From Candidatus Methylomirabilota bacterium (GTDB lineage Bacteria; Methylomirabilota; Methylomirabilia; Rokubacteriales; CSP1-6), in NCBI GenBank assembly GCA_046726415.1, contig JBKPAK010000013.1, forward strand, positions 1 through 64,000: a stretch of DNA of 64,000 nt, in the 5' to 3' direction. The position numbers and the translations under genes are program-made. Below, piece after piece: positions 27,374 through 37,277 of the stretch (its first letter is position 1; each line of letters begins with the position of its first letter). The notes beneath the pieces were generated by a model. That model saw only the letters and a program-made list of their open reading frames with translations, was not told where the DNA came from and made no database searches.

Positions 27374-27702
27374 GCGCGGAGCCTGCTGGGAGCGCGCAGG
27401 ATGCGCAAGCAGGCCGATCCGCGGCGGCGCGCGTCGCAAGGGCCACCGGCAGGGTGATCGAAGGGCTCGGGGTCGAGGCGTACCATGCCATCGACAAACA
27501 GGCGGCAGTTGCCGTTGAGGCGCGGTGAGGACAGTTCGCACGTCGGGTAACACGTTGGCCAGGCACACTCCGTACAGTGCTCGCCCCACGGCAGGATCGT
27601 TCGCCAGGCAATCCGGGATCGCAGCTCGGAGAACCTCGCCACGACCGTCGAGGGCAGGGTAGTACTTGATTCGAAGCCGCTGTCGACTTCAGGCTCATAC
27701 AT
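27370..27702 (-). pseudogene. Cys-rich short ORF, possibly a truncated N-terminus of an FkbH/HAD-IIIC-type protein
   Basis: WGEHCTECAWPTCYPTCELSSPR..GNCRLFVDG, then sequence degenerates; stop overlaps the GT2 start. Confidence 0.45.
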
Positions 27703-27821
27703 ATTGAGCGCCAGTGCTAGGGACGTGACTTTTGGCGCCGCGTTCCAGCCCCGGCAGCATAGTCCCGAGATGAACCACAGTGATTGACAGACGGCGCAGG
27801 TCGTTGGCATGGAGGGGCGCG

Positions 27822-29645
27822 TCATGCCGGGTCAGCGAAGAGACGATGAACGAGCTCCAGGGTCAAGAGCCGGTGTAGCTCGGTTGTGTAGTTACGGTCG
27901 CCCTTGAGATGACCCCGCACCATTGTCTCGACGGATTTCCGGTCTAGATACGGCCGCGCCAGGGCCCGCGGATCCAGGAGGATGTCCTGAACGTAGCCGG
28001 AGAGGGCATCCCGGTACCACATGCGGAAGTGGCAGAACTTGTGCCGGCCGAGGAAGAGCCGTTCGAGACGAAACGAGCGAAGAAGGTGGTCGGCGCGTGC
28101 CAGGGACAGCGGCATCCCATAGTCATAGGCGTACTCGGCCTTTCGTGAAAGCTCGGAGAGACCGCGAGAGATCTTGGCCCGCAGGGGCCCGCGGTCGCCG
28201 CCAAGGCCGCGATCGGTCGGAATTCGCGCGAGGGCAGGGTCTCCATCCGCGATGAGGCGGAGGCAAAGATCGTCCCTCGTGATGGTGGACGCTGGCGCAC
28301 GAAAGACGAGTCGGACGAGTTCGTTGTCGAGATAGGGGGATCGAAGGGATAGCTGACTCTGCTCCAGCGCGAGGAGGCCATAGTGGTGCCAGGGGGCCTG
28401 GCGAAAGACGGCAAAGGACAACGGGTGCCCTTGCACGAGGGAGCGAAACGTGTCCCCGGCTTGCTGGGTGTAGCGGACAAGCTCGGGATGAAAGAGCCCA
28501 GGCAGAGGCTCGTGTGGCTTGAACGCGACAACCTGGCGGAGCACCTCACTTCCATAGTTTCCCGTCATTCGCACAGGAGCAATCTCCCGCGCCCGCTCGT
28601 TGGCATAGAGGTCGGGGCAGTGACTGACGTCGACGCATCCATCGGTAAGATAGACCGTGCGCTCGGCGTAGCGGGGAAAGCGGGAGAGAAAATCCTGGCC
28701 GATCGAGATCACCTCGTGGGACTGCGCGCTTGCCTCCGCCACCTGCCGCGCAACGCGAACATCGTGGCACTCGCGGAACATCCCACCGAAGGTGTAACAG
28801 GGGAGGGATCGCGGAGGGGGCTTGTACCAGGCCATGATCATCCGGGTATCCAGTCCTCCGGTCAGGGACATTCCGACCGGTTCCCGTCCTTCGAAGTACC
28901 GAGGGAGATTCCGCGCGAAGATCTCCCGCAGTTCCCGGTAGAATGCTTCCTCGTCGAGGGGGGGCTGATCCTCCCACGCCGAGCGTCGGAAGTACATGCC
29001 CATCTGCTCGAGCGCGCCCCTCCGGAAGACCCACGCGGCGGCCCCGGGCAGCACGTAGATCCCTTCGAACAGGGTCCGATCCTCCATGACGCAGCCACAG
29101 GCCACGAACTCCCCCAGGCCCCGGGGATCCACGCGGCGGAGCTCGGGGCGTACGGCCAGAATTGCCTTGGCCTCGGCCCCGAAGTAGAAGGCCTCCTTCG
29201 ATTCGTGGTAGTACAGCCGATGCATCCCGTAGCGGTCGTTGAAGAGCGTCGCTGTTCCGCGGATCCGATCCACGAGGAGACCGTGGAATCGGCCGTTCAG
29301 TCCCGCCAGAAACGAGGCGTCCTCCTCGTAGAGGTGGGCGGAGTACGAGATGCCTTTCGGGTCGAAATGGTTCCCACGGCTTGTGAGATCGTGTACCATC
29401 CCCGACTGAGAGAACTCCTCACCAGAGAAGGCAAGAACGACGTCTTCCCGCCCATTGCGGAGGGGCACGTCATCAGACCAGGAGTCCCTTCTCGCAGCCC
29501 AGCCCACGTACACGCCGAGCGACTCATCGATCCAAGTGCCGGTCCGGTAGAAGGGCTCATGCCGAAGCGCTTCGACCATCTTCAGCAGCTTAGGCTCCGC
29601 CAGTGTGCGCGGCATCCTGGTAAGAAGACCGACGATTCCCGGCAT
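27822..29645 (-). CDS. Asparagine-synthase-like amidoligase lacking the Ntn catalytic Cys
   Basis: Starts MPGIVG; LNGRF, NDRYGMHRLYY, SLTGGLDTR, MTGNYG, RSPYLDNELV. Confidence 0.88.
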   Translation of the reverse strand: MPGIVGLLTRMPRTLAEPKLLKMVEALRHEPFYRTGTWIDESLGVYVGWAARRDSWSDDVPLRNGREDVVLAFSGEEFSQSGMVHDLTSRGNHFDPKGISYSAHLYEEDASFLAGLNGRFHGLLVDRIRGTATLFNDRYGMHRLYYHESKEAFYFGAEAKAILAVRPELRRVDPRGLGEFVACGCVMEDRTLFEGIYVLPGAAAWVFRRGALEQMGMYFRRSAWEDQPPLDEEAFYRELREIFARNLPRYFEGREPVGMSLTGGLDTRMIMAWYKPPPRSLPCYTFGGMFRECHDVRVARQVAEASAQSHEVISIGQDFLSRFPRYAERTVYLTDGCVDVSHCPDLYANERAREIAPVRMTGNYGSEVLRQVVAFKPHEPLPGLFHPELVRYTQQAGDTFRSLVQGHPLSFAVFRQAPWHHYGLLALEQSQLSLRSPYLDNELVRLVFRAPASTITRDDLCLRLIADGDPALARIPTDRGLGGDRGPLRAKISRGLSELSRKAEYAYDYGMPLSLARADHLLRSFRLERLFLGRHKFCHFRMWYRDALSGYVQDILLDPRALARPYLDRKSVETMVRGHLKGDRNYTTELHRLLTLELVHRLFADPA

Positions 29646-29658
29646 CCGTCCGGCTCGG

Positions 29659-30555
29659 TTAGAGCGTTTCCTTCGCGGTTTGCAGCCGTCGGAAGTGCCA
29701 CAGACTCCGCAATCTACGGAGTCGCGCGAGGAGCGAGTCAGGGAGGCGCTCGACGAGCCCGTGATGGAGACGCAGCTCGAGGGCCACACGGCCCGCCATG
29801 GTTAGTGGAACGTAGTAGCGAGGTAAGTCGACTTTCCGAAACCCATTGTATTCTTTGAAGTCACTGAGACTATCGCGTTGCTTCCTACCGTAAGCAAACT
29901 GCGAGTACACGAGAAAAGGAATTCGACGCTCCGCACAGGACCGAACGGCTTGGGCGATCAAGGCATTAGTTGGAGCTTTGTCTCGGTGTTGGATCATCGA
30001 GAGAATCTGCATGAGGCCGGCTTGGGTCTGGGTGTCGTCGCTGACTAGCTTGGCAAAACCGATAATCGTGTCTCCGAGAAACGCCCCTAGATAGACCGAG
30101 CGCTCGAGAAAGGTCGAGTTCTCTCTGCGCACGGTCTCGAGGTCGTCCCCGTAGTGCCGGAAGCGCCTCCCTTGACGTACTGGCGACTCATTGTAAATCG
30201 CCGAGATTCCCCGAACGAAGGCATTGTCGAAGGGCACCTCGCGCACCGTGACGCCTCTCTTCTCAGCGAGCCTAACTTTGTTCCTCACTTTGAAATTGAT
30301 CTGTTGCCCCCACCAGTGGTCGAATGTCGACACCGGCAGAGTAGCGGCGTTGTCCCACTCCATCGGATAGTCGTATTTCGGAGAAGTGTCGGGCAGCCTC
30401 TGCATGAATGTGAAGAGATCGATCCGAACGGCGGCCGAACGAAGACTGGCGATCGCCGCTTGCGGCTCTTCCAGGAACTCGTAGCCGTCGGCCTCCAGGC
30501 GAGCGATACGGACTAAACATCCCTCGATTCTGATCTCCTTATCGCAGACCCTCAC
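29659..30555 (-). CDS. GNAT/FemAB-like EPS-associated protein
   Basis: VRNKVRLAEKRGVTVR, APTNALIAQAV, SLSDFKEYNGF. Confidence 0.7.
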   Translation of the reverse strand: MRVCDKEIRIEGCLVRIARLEADGYEFLEEPQAAIASLRSAAVRIDLFTFMQRLPDTSPKYDYPMEWDNAATLPVSTFDHWWGQQINFKVRNKVRLAEKRGVTVREVPFDNAFVRGISAIYNESPVRQGRRFRHYGDDLETVRRENSTFLERSVYLGAFLGDTIIGFAKLVSDDTQTQAGLMQILSMIQHRDKAPTNALIAQAVRSCAERRIPFLVYSQFAYGRKQRDSLSDFKEYNGFRKVDLPRYYVPLTMAGRVALELRLHHGLVERLPDSLLARLRRLRSLWHFRRLQTAKETL

Positions 30556-31377
30556 TTAGACGCCTCCTCTACCCAGGCGTCGGCACCGAGGCAAGGCTGA
30601 CGGGGGTGCGATCCTGACGCCCAGGCTGCACCACGGACTGCGCCCACCCGCGAGGAAGTGATATTCGTCATGATTGACGGGATGAGCCTCCACTTCGACG
30701 GCGAATCGGCGAGCCAGCGAGGCAATCCGCTGCAGCCGGTCAAGAGGGTGAACTGGCGCTAAAGAAAAGAAGAAGTCAACGAGGCGGTGGCGTCGCTTGA
30801 GTACCCCGTCCATGCAGCGACGATAGAGGCGGTTCCCGAGACTCTTCTCGCCCGGCTGAAAGGAGAAGTTTCGCCGTACGAGCGTCCCCGCGGGGAGCAA
30901 CCGCCCGAGCAGGACGTTGGCGCAGAGGTGCATGTGATGGTGGCCATCGATGCGGTCGGGGACGGCTCCGTACAGACGCTGGAACTCATCGAGTTGGGCG
31001 GCCGCGACGGACTCGAAGGCTCGGGCGAGGCCGGGATGAAAAACGACCTGGCTCAGCCGATGGCGTCCGAGGTAGCGGGCGAGCTGCTCCTGGCGTTGGC
31101 GGAGCGGCGCCGGGCACGTCGGAGCGGAAAAGGCCGTGGTGAGGTTCAGATGAAGGCCGGCCTCGATGCCTTGTTCAAGGGCGATGGTCGCGGCGCGCTC
31201 GGAATCCTCCATGAAGACCATGGCGCTCACCGAGGAAACCGCTCCGCGCCGGGCGCAGTCGAGCGTCCGGTCCGTCGTCAGGAGGTCGCGCCCCCAGTCG
31301 TCGGCGTTGACGATGAGGAGGCCGGGTGTCGATGGGACGCGAGGCAGGTTCAAGAAGGGGGCGACAGCGCGGTTCAT
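30556..31377 (-). CDS. ChbG/HpnK/YdjC-family carbohydrate deacetylase
   Basis: LIVNADDWG, GLHLNLT, DGHHHMH, EAHP. Confidence 0.9.
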   Translation of the reverse strand: MNRAVAPFLNLPRVPSTPGLLIVNADDWGRDLLTTDRTLDCARRGAVSSVSAMVFMEDSERAATIALEQGIEAGLHLNLTTAFSAPTCPAPLRQRQEQLARYLGRHRLSQVVFHPGLARAFESVAAAQLDEFQRLYGAVPDRIDGHHHMHLCANVLLGRLLPAGTLVRRNFSFQPGEKSLGNRLYRRCMDGVLKRRHRLVDFFFSLAPVHPLDRLQRIASLARRFAVEVEAHPVNHDEYHFLAGGRSPWCSLGVRIAPPSALPRCRRLGRGGV

Positions 31378-32312
31378 GGCCGTACCCTGGAAAGAGCGAG
31401 GCGCAGTCGCTGCATCTGCTCGCGTCGGTGGAACTTGACGAGTTCTGAAGAGACTGGTCTCTCGACCCTGCCCACAAGCGCTCGCAAGTAGCCGACCAGG
31501 AGAACCAGGCCGCCCACGACATAGGGCTTCCGCGTGGCCTGGAAGGCCGCCCGGCAGAACTCCCAGAGGGGATGGCCCCCGAGAAAGTAGTCCTGCCGCC
31601 CGAGCTTGTACAAGGCCTGGAACGGGCCCGCGGCGGCCGTGCCCATCGGGCGATGGTGGTGGCAGACGCGCTCGAGGAACGTTCTCGTCTTCCAGCCCCT
31701 CATTCGGGCCGTCGTCACGGCGATCCAGTCGATACCGCCTCCCGCGACCGGCACGTATCCGCCAATCTCCTCAAAGCATGCCTGCCGGAAGAGCTGACAG
31801 GCGCCCGAGACATGTTCCACGTTGGTGAAGCGGTAGTCGTAGGACACGTCTCCTTCGACGAAGGGGGTTCCGGCCACGCCAAGCCGGGCATCTTCAGCGA
31901 ACTTGCCGAGGAGAAACTCGAAGTAGTCTTTCTCGAAGGTGATGTCCGCGTCGAGGTTCCCGATGATGTCATAGGTTTCCCCGGCCAGCGCCTCGTACCC
32001 GGAATTGAAGCATCGCACCTTGGCCGCAAAGTGCCGCTCCGCGTGCTCGGGCCGGCGAATGAACCTGATCCACGGATGCTGAATCGCCTGGGTCCTGACG
32101 ATGTCATCGGTGCGGTCCGTCGAGCCGTCGCTGACAATGATCCATTTCCGCGGCAGCACGGTCTGGGCGGCGACGGACTCGATGGTGGCCCGGATGAACG
32201 TCTCCTCGTTTCGCGCCGGCGTGATCAAGACGTAGGTGAGGAGTTGCCGTCGCGACATGGTCTGGGTTCCCACCCGGGCATCAGATTCGAACCCAGGTGT
32301 CAAGGCTCTCAT
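31374..32312 (-). CDS. Glycosyltransferase family 2
   Basis: ITPARNEE, VSDGSTD, NLDAD, GGGIDW. Confidence 0.92.
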   Translation of the reverse strand: MRALTPGFESDARVGTQTMSRRQLLTYVLITPARNEETFIRATIESVAAQTVLPRKWIIVSDGSTDRTDDIVRTQAIQHPWIRFIRRPEHAERHFAAKVRCFNSGYEALAGETYDIIGNLDADITFEKDYFEFLLGKFAEDARLGVAGTPFVEGDVSYDYRFTNVEHVSGACQLFRQACFEEIGGYVPVAGGGIDWIAVTTARMRGWKTRTFLERVCHHHRPMGTAAAGPFQALYKLGRQDYFLGGHPLWEFCRAAFQATRKPYVVGGLVLLVGYLRALVGRVERPVSSELVKFHRREQMQRLRLALSRVRP

Positions 32313-33942
32313 TCAGACCAATGTCGGCGTAGCCGGTCGGAGCGGCTGCGCCGAGCTCGAACCCGTCGCGGTCTGTCCGCACCTTGTGGACACGCAAGCG
32401 CAAGCCGGGAAGACTCTTGCCCTCGCCAAGCGAGACGCGGGCGCGCACCGCGGTGGAGTCCCATACGACGGACTGAAAGACCGCGGAGCGGCGCTTCCGG
32501 AACCACGCGACCGCCTGGGACGCGGTGGGGAACCACGCGTCCGCAGCCTTCAGATCGTCGACCACGTCCTTGTACACGCGTCCCCACAGCCGCTCGGGCG
32601 CGATACTCCGGTCGTGCCAGTTCACCGTCACGATGCCCCCAAACCGACAGGCGTTATCGATGATTCTCCGCACGGTGTCCCGGGCTTCCCGGGGAGCCAG
32701 ATTGAGATGGCCAGGATAAAAGAGGGCGGTGTCCATCACGTGCAGGGGCAACTCGAGCAGCCGGGTCGCGTCAAGGGGCTTGAACACCTGCGTGGTGCCC
32801 GCCCGGTACCCGACCGTCTCGTTGTAGCCGCTCGTCGAGTCGTAAGCGAACCCCGCTTTCTCGAGGACGGCCGGAGAGCCATGGGCCCGATAGAGCCAGT
32901 GCATTCGGATGCCCATGTCCGGCGCCTCAGTGATCCGCGCAATTTCCGTCCGTTCCTCGTGGCCCCTGGCACTGTCGAGCCAGGCATCGATGCCGTGAAC
33001 CCCGATCTCGGACCCGGCTGACATCAGGCGGCGCAGCCCATCGGCGATATCGCGGGCCCCGTACCGTGCGGCGCGGAGTCCGGGGGCCGACCCGTGGGCA
33101 GTTCGTCCGGGACAGTTCTTGAAGGGGATGACGAAGAAGGTCGAACCAGCGCCGGGGTCGATGTCGCGGTAGCCGGCCAGATCATCCCAGAAATCCTTGG
33201 CCACGCCCAGATGGATGAACGGAAGCCGCAAGGCCGCTGTCCAGTTGGTGAACAGGTCACCCACGGATGCCCGCCCACGGCACACGTTCAGGGCAGACCC
33301 CACGCACGCCCGGTACAGGAAGCCGAACGAGGTGCGGTCCCACTTGTGGCGTCGAATCGAGGGATGATCCACGTCGTGCGTCAAGCAGGCGATGAGGCGA
33401 TGGCCGTCCGGCACGGGTGGGATCTCGACCAGAGGCGTGGCCGACCAGGTCATCAACTCGCGAAGAAGGGCGATGTGGAGCTCCAGCGCAGCGATGGCCG
33501 CGTTCTCGAGGGGCTGACCCTCCGTGAGCAACTCGCGGACCTCCCGAAACAGGTCATAGCCGATGCGCACCACCACCCGGCCACCGGAGCGAACCCGGTA
33601 GGCCGCGGTCTGCTGGGGATGACCCTCGGTGGCCAGCCCGATTCCTGCCTCCCGGAACGTGACGTTCCGCCCGTAGATCGGTAGCCGCGCGCCGGCGTAG
33701 GAGAGGATGATCCCCGTGCCCTGTGCCGCGACGGGTATCCGCGCTTCCTCGTCGGCAGGCGTCCGCGCCCCGGAGTAGATCAGGACGAGCTTCGCGGGGG
33801 CTCCGCACGTGCGACCCCCCTCCGTGGACAGCAACACCTCGTACGTCCGGCCGGATCGACAGAGTTCCCACGGGGTCTTGAAGAGTTCGAAAAACTCTCG
33901 GACCACGTCGTGTTCTCCTGGATCCGCAAGGACTCCGATCAC
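32281..33942 (-). CDS. Polysaccharide deacetylase-fold protein with N-terminal extension
   Basis: ACLTHDVD, STFF, EIGVHG, GIRMHWL, YDSTSGY, PLHVMD, VNWH; GTG 33942 overlaps the upstream stop. Confidence 0.85.
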   Translation of the reverse strand: MIGVLADPGEHDVVREFFELFKTPWELCRSGRTYEVLLSTEGGRTCGAPAKLVLIYSGARTPADEEARIPVAAQGTGIILSYAGARLPIYGRNVTFREAGIGLATEGHPQQTAAYRVRSGGRVVVRIGYDLFREVRELLTEGQPLENAAIAALELHIALLRELMTWSATPLVEIPPVPDGHRLIACLTHDVDHPSIRRHKWDRTSFGFLYRACVGSALNVCRGRASVGDLFTNWTAALRLPFIHLGVAKDFWDDLAGYRDIDPGAGSTFFVIPFKNCPGRTAHGSAPGLRAARYGARDIADGLRRLMSAGSEIGVHGIDAWLDSARGHEERTEIARITEAPDMGIRMHWLYRAHGSPAVLEKAGFAYDSTSGYNETVGYRAGTTQVFKPLDATRLLELPLHVMDTALFYPGHLNLAPREARDTVRRIIDNACRFGGIVTVNWHDRSIAPERLWGRVYKDVVDDLKAADAWFPTASQAVAWFRKRRSAVFQSVVWDSTAVRARVSLGEGKSLPGLRLRVHKVRTDRDGFELGAAAPTGYADIGLNESLDTWVRI

Positions 33943-35177
33943 TGTGCCGGCTCCTCCGAGGCCATCCGCCAGGCCAGATGAGCGAGGGCCTTGAACATCG
34001 TGGCTTGCCCCCAATGGAGCATGGGGGTGGCGGCCTTCAGCAGGGGATAACGCCGATAATGGAAGTAGCCCCGCGGGTCCTGCATGTTCCCGATCGTCCA
34101 CGCCGCCACCCGCTTCGCGAGGTCCAGACACTCAGGATCTGAGTCGGCGAACAGAGCGAGCGTGTCGACCGCCTGGGCCGCGCACTGGATATCCACCGGG
34201 TACGTTCGGGTGTGGTAGTACCTGGGGCGCCCGCTATCCTCGACGAAGTGCGCCTTGAAGAAGGCCAGGCCCCGCGCGAGATGGGGCCGAAACTCCTCGT
34301 CCCCGCTGGCGTCGATGTAGTAGCGAAGGCTGTCGAGGTTGTAGCCGGTGTGGAAGTTGTCGATCCAGTGATACTTTGGCTCCTCCGCATACCACCAGGA
34401 TCCGTCCGGGAGTTGCCGCGAGCAGCTGTAGTCCATGGCGGCGCGCGCCACCCGTCCGCACGCCTTGCTCCCGGTGTGGTTGGCCGCCCGGGCGAGAAGA
34501 CTCGCTCCCAACATGTTGGCGTTGTGAACCGAAATCTGCCGGTCGGCAAGATAACTGAGACACTCGCCCCGCGTGGTGGTCTCGCGGGGCAGCTCGAGGA
34601 TCCATCGGCACGCGCTGTCGGCAATGTTGAGGAACCAATCGTGCCCCGTCAGCTCGAACGCGTCCAGGTAGGCATGGCCGTTCAGGCTCGTCCACACGAT
34701 GATCGGGGCTTCCTTCGTGTACAGGCCTCCGCGCCCGACGAAGTCATAGTGATTGCTCCAGCTGTGATGCCGGAAGCGCGGAGCTTTATGGGCAGCCAGC
34801 CATTCCAGGCAGCGCGTCGCCTTGTCGAGATGCTCTGCCTGGCGCGTGGCTCGATAGAGCGTCAGATATCCCCACGCCATGTAGCCGCGGCCCTTCGTGG
34901 AGTCTTTGGGGCTGACTCCGAGCAGCGGCCGCAGATTCCAGGGGCATTGACGGATGACTTGCTGCAGGATGCGCTCAGCGAGCTGGTTGCCACACGCGAG
35001 CGGGCGCGCCCAGGATGACAGTCCATCAAACGGCTCGTAGCCGCGGTACTCTCGTTGCTCCACCCACGCGGCTACTCGCTCGAGCGTCCGCATGACATCG
35101 CGGCGGGCGATCGCGGGTTGACCACGCGCGATGGTGATTGCGCCGCCGAGCTCAGGCGCTGTCCCTCGATGACGCAT
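33939..35177 (-). CDS. (alpha/alpha)-barrel EPS-associated protein (six-hairpin glycosidase/epimerase-like)
   Basis: GYEPFDGL, VHNANMLGA, QLPDGSWWY, WIDNFHTGY, YPVDI, HWGQA. Confidence 0.7.
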   Translation of the reverse strand: MRHRGTAPELGGAITIARGQPAIARRDVMRTLERVAAWVEQREYRGYEPFDGLSSWARPLACGNQLAERILQQVIRQCPWNLRPLLGVSPKDSTKGRGYMAWGYLTLYRATRQAEHLDKATRCLEWLAAHKAPRFRHHSWSNHYDFVGRGGLYTKEAPIIVWTSLNGHAYLDAFELTGHDWFLNIADSACRWILELPRETTTRGECLSYLADRQISVHNANMLGASLLARAANHTGSKACGRVARAAMDYSCSRQLPDGSWWYAEEPKYHWIDNFHTGYNLDSLRYYIDASGDEEFRPHLARGLAFFKAHFVEDSGRPRYYHTRTYPVDIQCAAQAVDTLALFADSDPECLDLAKRVAAWTIGNMQDPRGYFHYRRYPLLKAATPMLHWGQATMFKALAHLAWRMASEEPAQ

Positions 35178-36454
35178 CACCGGACACCGCCTCCCCTGCC
35201 CACCAGCTCCTCTACGAGCCCCAGCAGGACCTCGCGCTCCTGACGCCAGGCGTGCTCCCAATACATCTTCTGGCCCCGTCTGACCACTTCCGCCGCCCCG
35301 CCAGGGTCGGAGCGCACGGCCTCGATCTTCCGTGCCAGGTCGTCCGCGTCGCCGATCTCGAAGAAAATGAGGGCGTCTTCGCTGAAGTAGTCCAGAATAC
35401 CGCCGGCCCGCGGAGCGATCACGGGCCTCCCGACCGCCAGGTACTCGAAGATCCGCGTCGGTGTGTTGAGCTCCGTGAAGACGCTCCGGTGATTGGGAAT
35501 GATCCCCACGTCACATTCTTCGATGGCCGCGACGATCTCCTCGAGTCGCCTGGGCCCGAGGTACCGAACGGCCTCGGCCAGACCCCGGGCATGGACCGAC
35601 TCCATCACGCGGGTCAGAAACTGGTTCTCGTGACCGTAGATCCTCAGCTCCACGCGGGCGCCGGACGCTCGGAGGCGCGCCACGGCCTCGACGGCCAGCG
35701 CGAGACCGTTTCGCTCGACCAGAGAGCCGTGATACATGATCACGAACGGACGGCTGACATCCTGGCGCACCGCGCTCTCCGAGCCTAACCGCCGCGATCC
35801 GAAGATCTCCTCATCGGGGGAATTCATCACGACCTGGATCTTCTCCGGCCGGCAGCTCCGCGACTCGAACAGCCTCTTGCAGGCGAGATTGACGGTGAGG
35901 GCGAGGTCGGCCTGTCGGATGCTCCACTTCTCCAGGCGCTTCAGCGTGCGAACCCACACGCTCTCCTGGTCGAGGTTGAAAATGGTCATCATCAACTCGG
36001 GCATCGGGTCGTGCAGATCGAGAATCACCTTCGCCCCAAGGGCCTTCGGGACCAAGGCGCTCAGGACCAGGATGTCCGGCATGTTGTGGACATAGACGAG
36101 GTCGTAGCGCCGGGTCAGCGACCGCGCGGTCAGGGTGGTCACGGACGCGAGCACGAATGCCGCGTACTGGAACATGTAGCCGGCGGCTCCCCCGCGGCGC
36201 CGCTCGAGGGGAAGGCGGAGGATGTCGACACCGTTCACGGTCTCACGCCTCGCATCCCCTCCGGCCGCCCTCAGACAGATGAGGTCGACACTCATGCCTT
36301 CCTTGACGAGGGCCTCCGCCGCGCGCCGCGGCCGTGGATCCGCCGGATAGTAGGAGAAGACGACCATGGCCGCGCGCTTGCCTCGGAGGGACCGCCCTGG
36401 GGGCAGGCGCGCCGAGGACCCGGGCCGGGCGAGAACCGGGGTGGTAAATGCCAT
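35177..36454 (-). CDS. Glycosyltransferase family 4
   Basis: YPADPRPRR, VHNMPD, DLHD, YHGSLVERNG, PTRIFEYLAVGRPVI. Confidence 0.92.
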   Translation of the reverse strand: MAFTTPVLARPGSSARLPPGRSLRGKRAAMVVFSYYPADPRPRRAAEALVKEGMSVDLICLRAAGGDARRETVNGVDILRLPLERRRGGAAGYMFQYAAFVLASVTTLTARSLTRRYDLVYVHNMPDILVLSALVPKALGAKVILDLHDPMPELMMTIFNLDQESVWVRTLKRLEKWSIRQADLALTVNLACKRLFESRSCRPEKIQVVMNSPDEEIFGSRRLGSESAVRQDVSRPFVIMYHGSLVERNGLALAVEAVARLRASGARVELRIYGHENQFLTRVMESVHARGLAEAVRYLGPRRLEEIVAAIEECDVGIIPNHRSVFTELNTPTRIFEYLAVGRPVIAPRAGGILDYFSEDALIFFEIGDADDLARKIEAVRSDPGGAAEVVRRGQKMYWEHAWRQEREVLLGLVEELVGRGGGVR

Positions 36455-37248
36455 CACGATTTCGCGCCCACTGGGGCCACCGTGGCTCGGCGCGCTTCCC
36501 GCTCGGCCTTCTTGCGGTTGGACGCCAGGATGGCCTGGAGAATCTCCGAGTGATCGACCAGGCTCAGGATCTCGATGTTGGGAAGGACACAATGACCGCC
36601 GATGATTCCTGGGAAGTATTTGATGGGGGGGAAAAACCGGACTTCCTCGTAGAACGAAACGATCTCGTCATAGTCCTGTCCCAGTTCGTCACAATACCGC
36701 TCCACCTCCTGGGCCCAGGCGATCATGAGGCCGAAATAGGTCGTCTCGGTGAGCTTGGCCAATTCGGTGGCCTCCGGTGAGGCCAGGACGCGGGTTCGCA
36801 TGCCGATCGACGCGAAATGCTCGGCCGCATACTTACCGGCCGCCCGATCGAGGGCGCCCACGAACTTCGTATAGTGGAGGAGTTCCTCGCGCATACGGGC
36901 GTGCTTGCCGCGGATTGGGCTGTGCACCACGGCGGCGCCCGTTCGCTCGGCGATAGCGCGCGTGGTGCCGACCGCCGCTGTGCTGTTGACGATCGTCAGG
37001 GTGGGACGGAAGCGCTCGATATAGCCCGCGGTCTCGCCGACGAAGTCCTTGATCTCGAACGGGTAACAGACGTGCATCACGTCGACGTGCCGGACCTGTT
37101 CGGCGGGAGGCGAGATGTCCACGCCGACCGCCTGGTGGCGCGTGGCGACCAGCTCGAGGAGGGGTTTCCCCACTTCGCCGAGGCCGACGACCACGACCGT
37201 CTGCGGACCATTCATCGCCGGTCCCCGTGGGCCGGGTCCTGAACTCAT
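36454..37248 (-). CDS. Short UDP-glucose/GDP-mannose dehydrogenase-family protein (no C-terminal UDP-binding domain); alternative start 37215
   Basis: GLGEVG, NSTAAVGTT, ELAKLTET, GIIGGHCV. Confidence 0.8.
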   Translation of the reverse strand: MSSGPGPRGPAMNGPQTVVVVGLGEVGKPLLELVATRHQAVGVDISPPAEQVRHVDVMHVCYPFEIKDFVGETAGYIERFRPTLTIVNSTAAVGTTRAIAERTGAAVVHSPIRGKHARMREELLHYTKFVGALDRAAGKYAAEHFASIGMRTRVLASPEATELAKLTETTYFGLMIAWAQEVERYCDELGQDYDEIVSFYEEVRFFPPIKYFPGIIGGHCVLPNIEILSLVDHSEILQAILASNRKKAEREARRATVAPVGAKS

Positions 37249-37277
37249 CGCCGGTCCCCGTGGGCGGGGTCCTGAAC
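37212..37277. repeat. 33-bp tandem duplication of a gene junction (one mismatch)
   Basis: TCATCGCCGGTCCCCGTGGGC(C/G)GGGTCCTGAAC twice, at 37212-37244 and 37245-37277. Confidence 0.95.

Noticed and set aside
27822-29645. Lasso peptide cyclase
   Set aside because: No B1/B2 proteins or precursor seen; the gene is embedded among glycosyltransferases
28383-29858. Long antisense ORFs (e.g. 28383-29858, 37227-38522, 52641-53885, 20061-21509)
   Set aside because: Shadow frames of real high-GC genes, with no recognisable motifs
37212-37277. CRISPR repeat
   Set aside because: Two abutting copies with no spacer, and no cas genes
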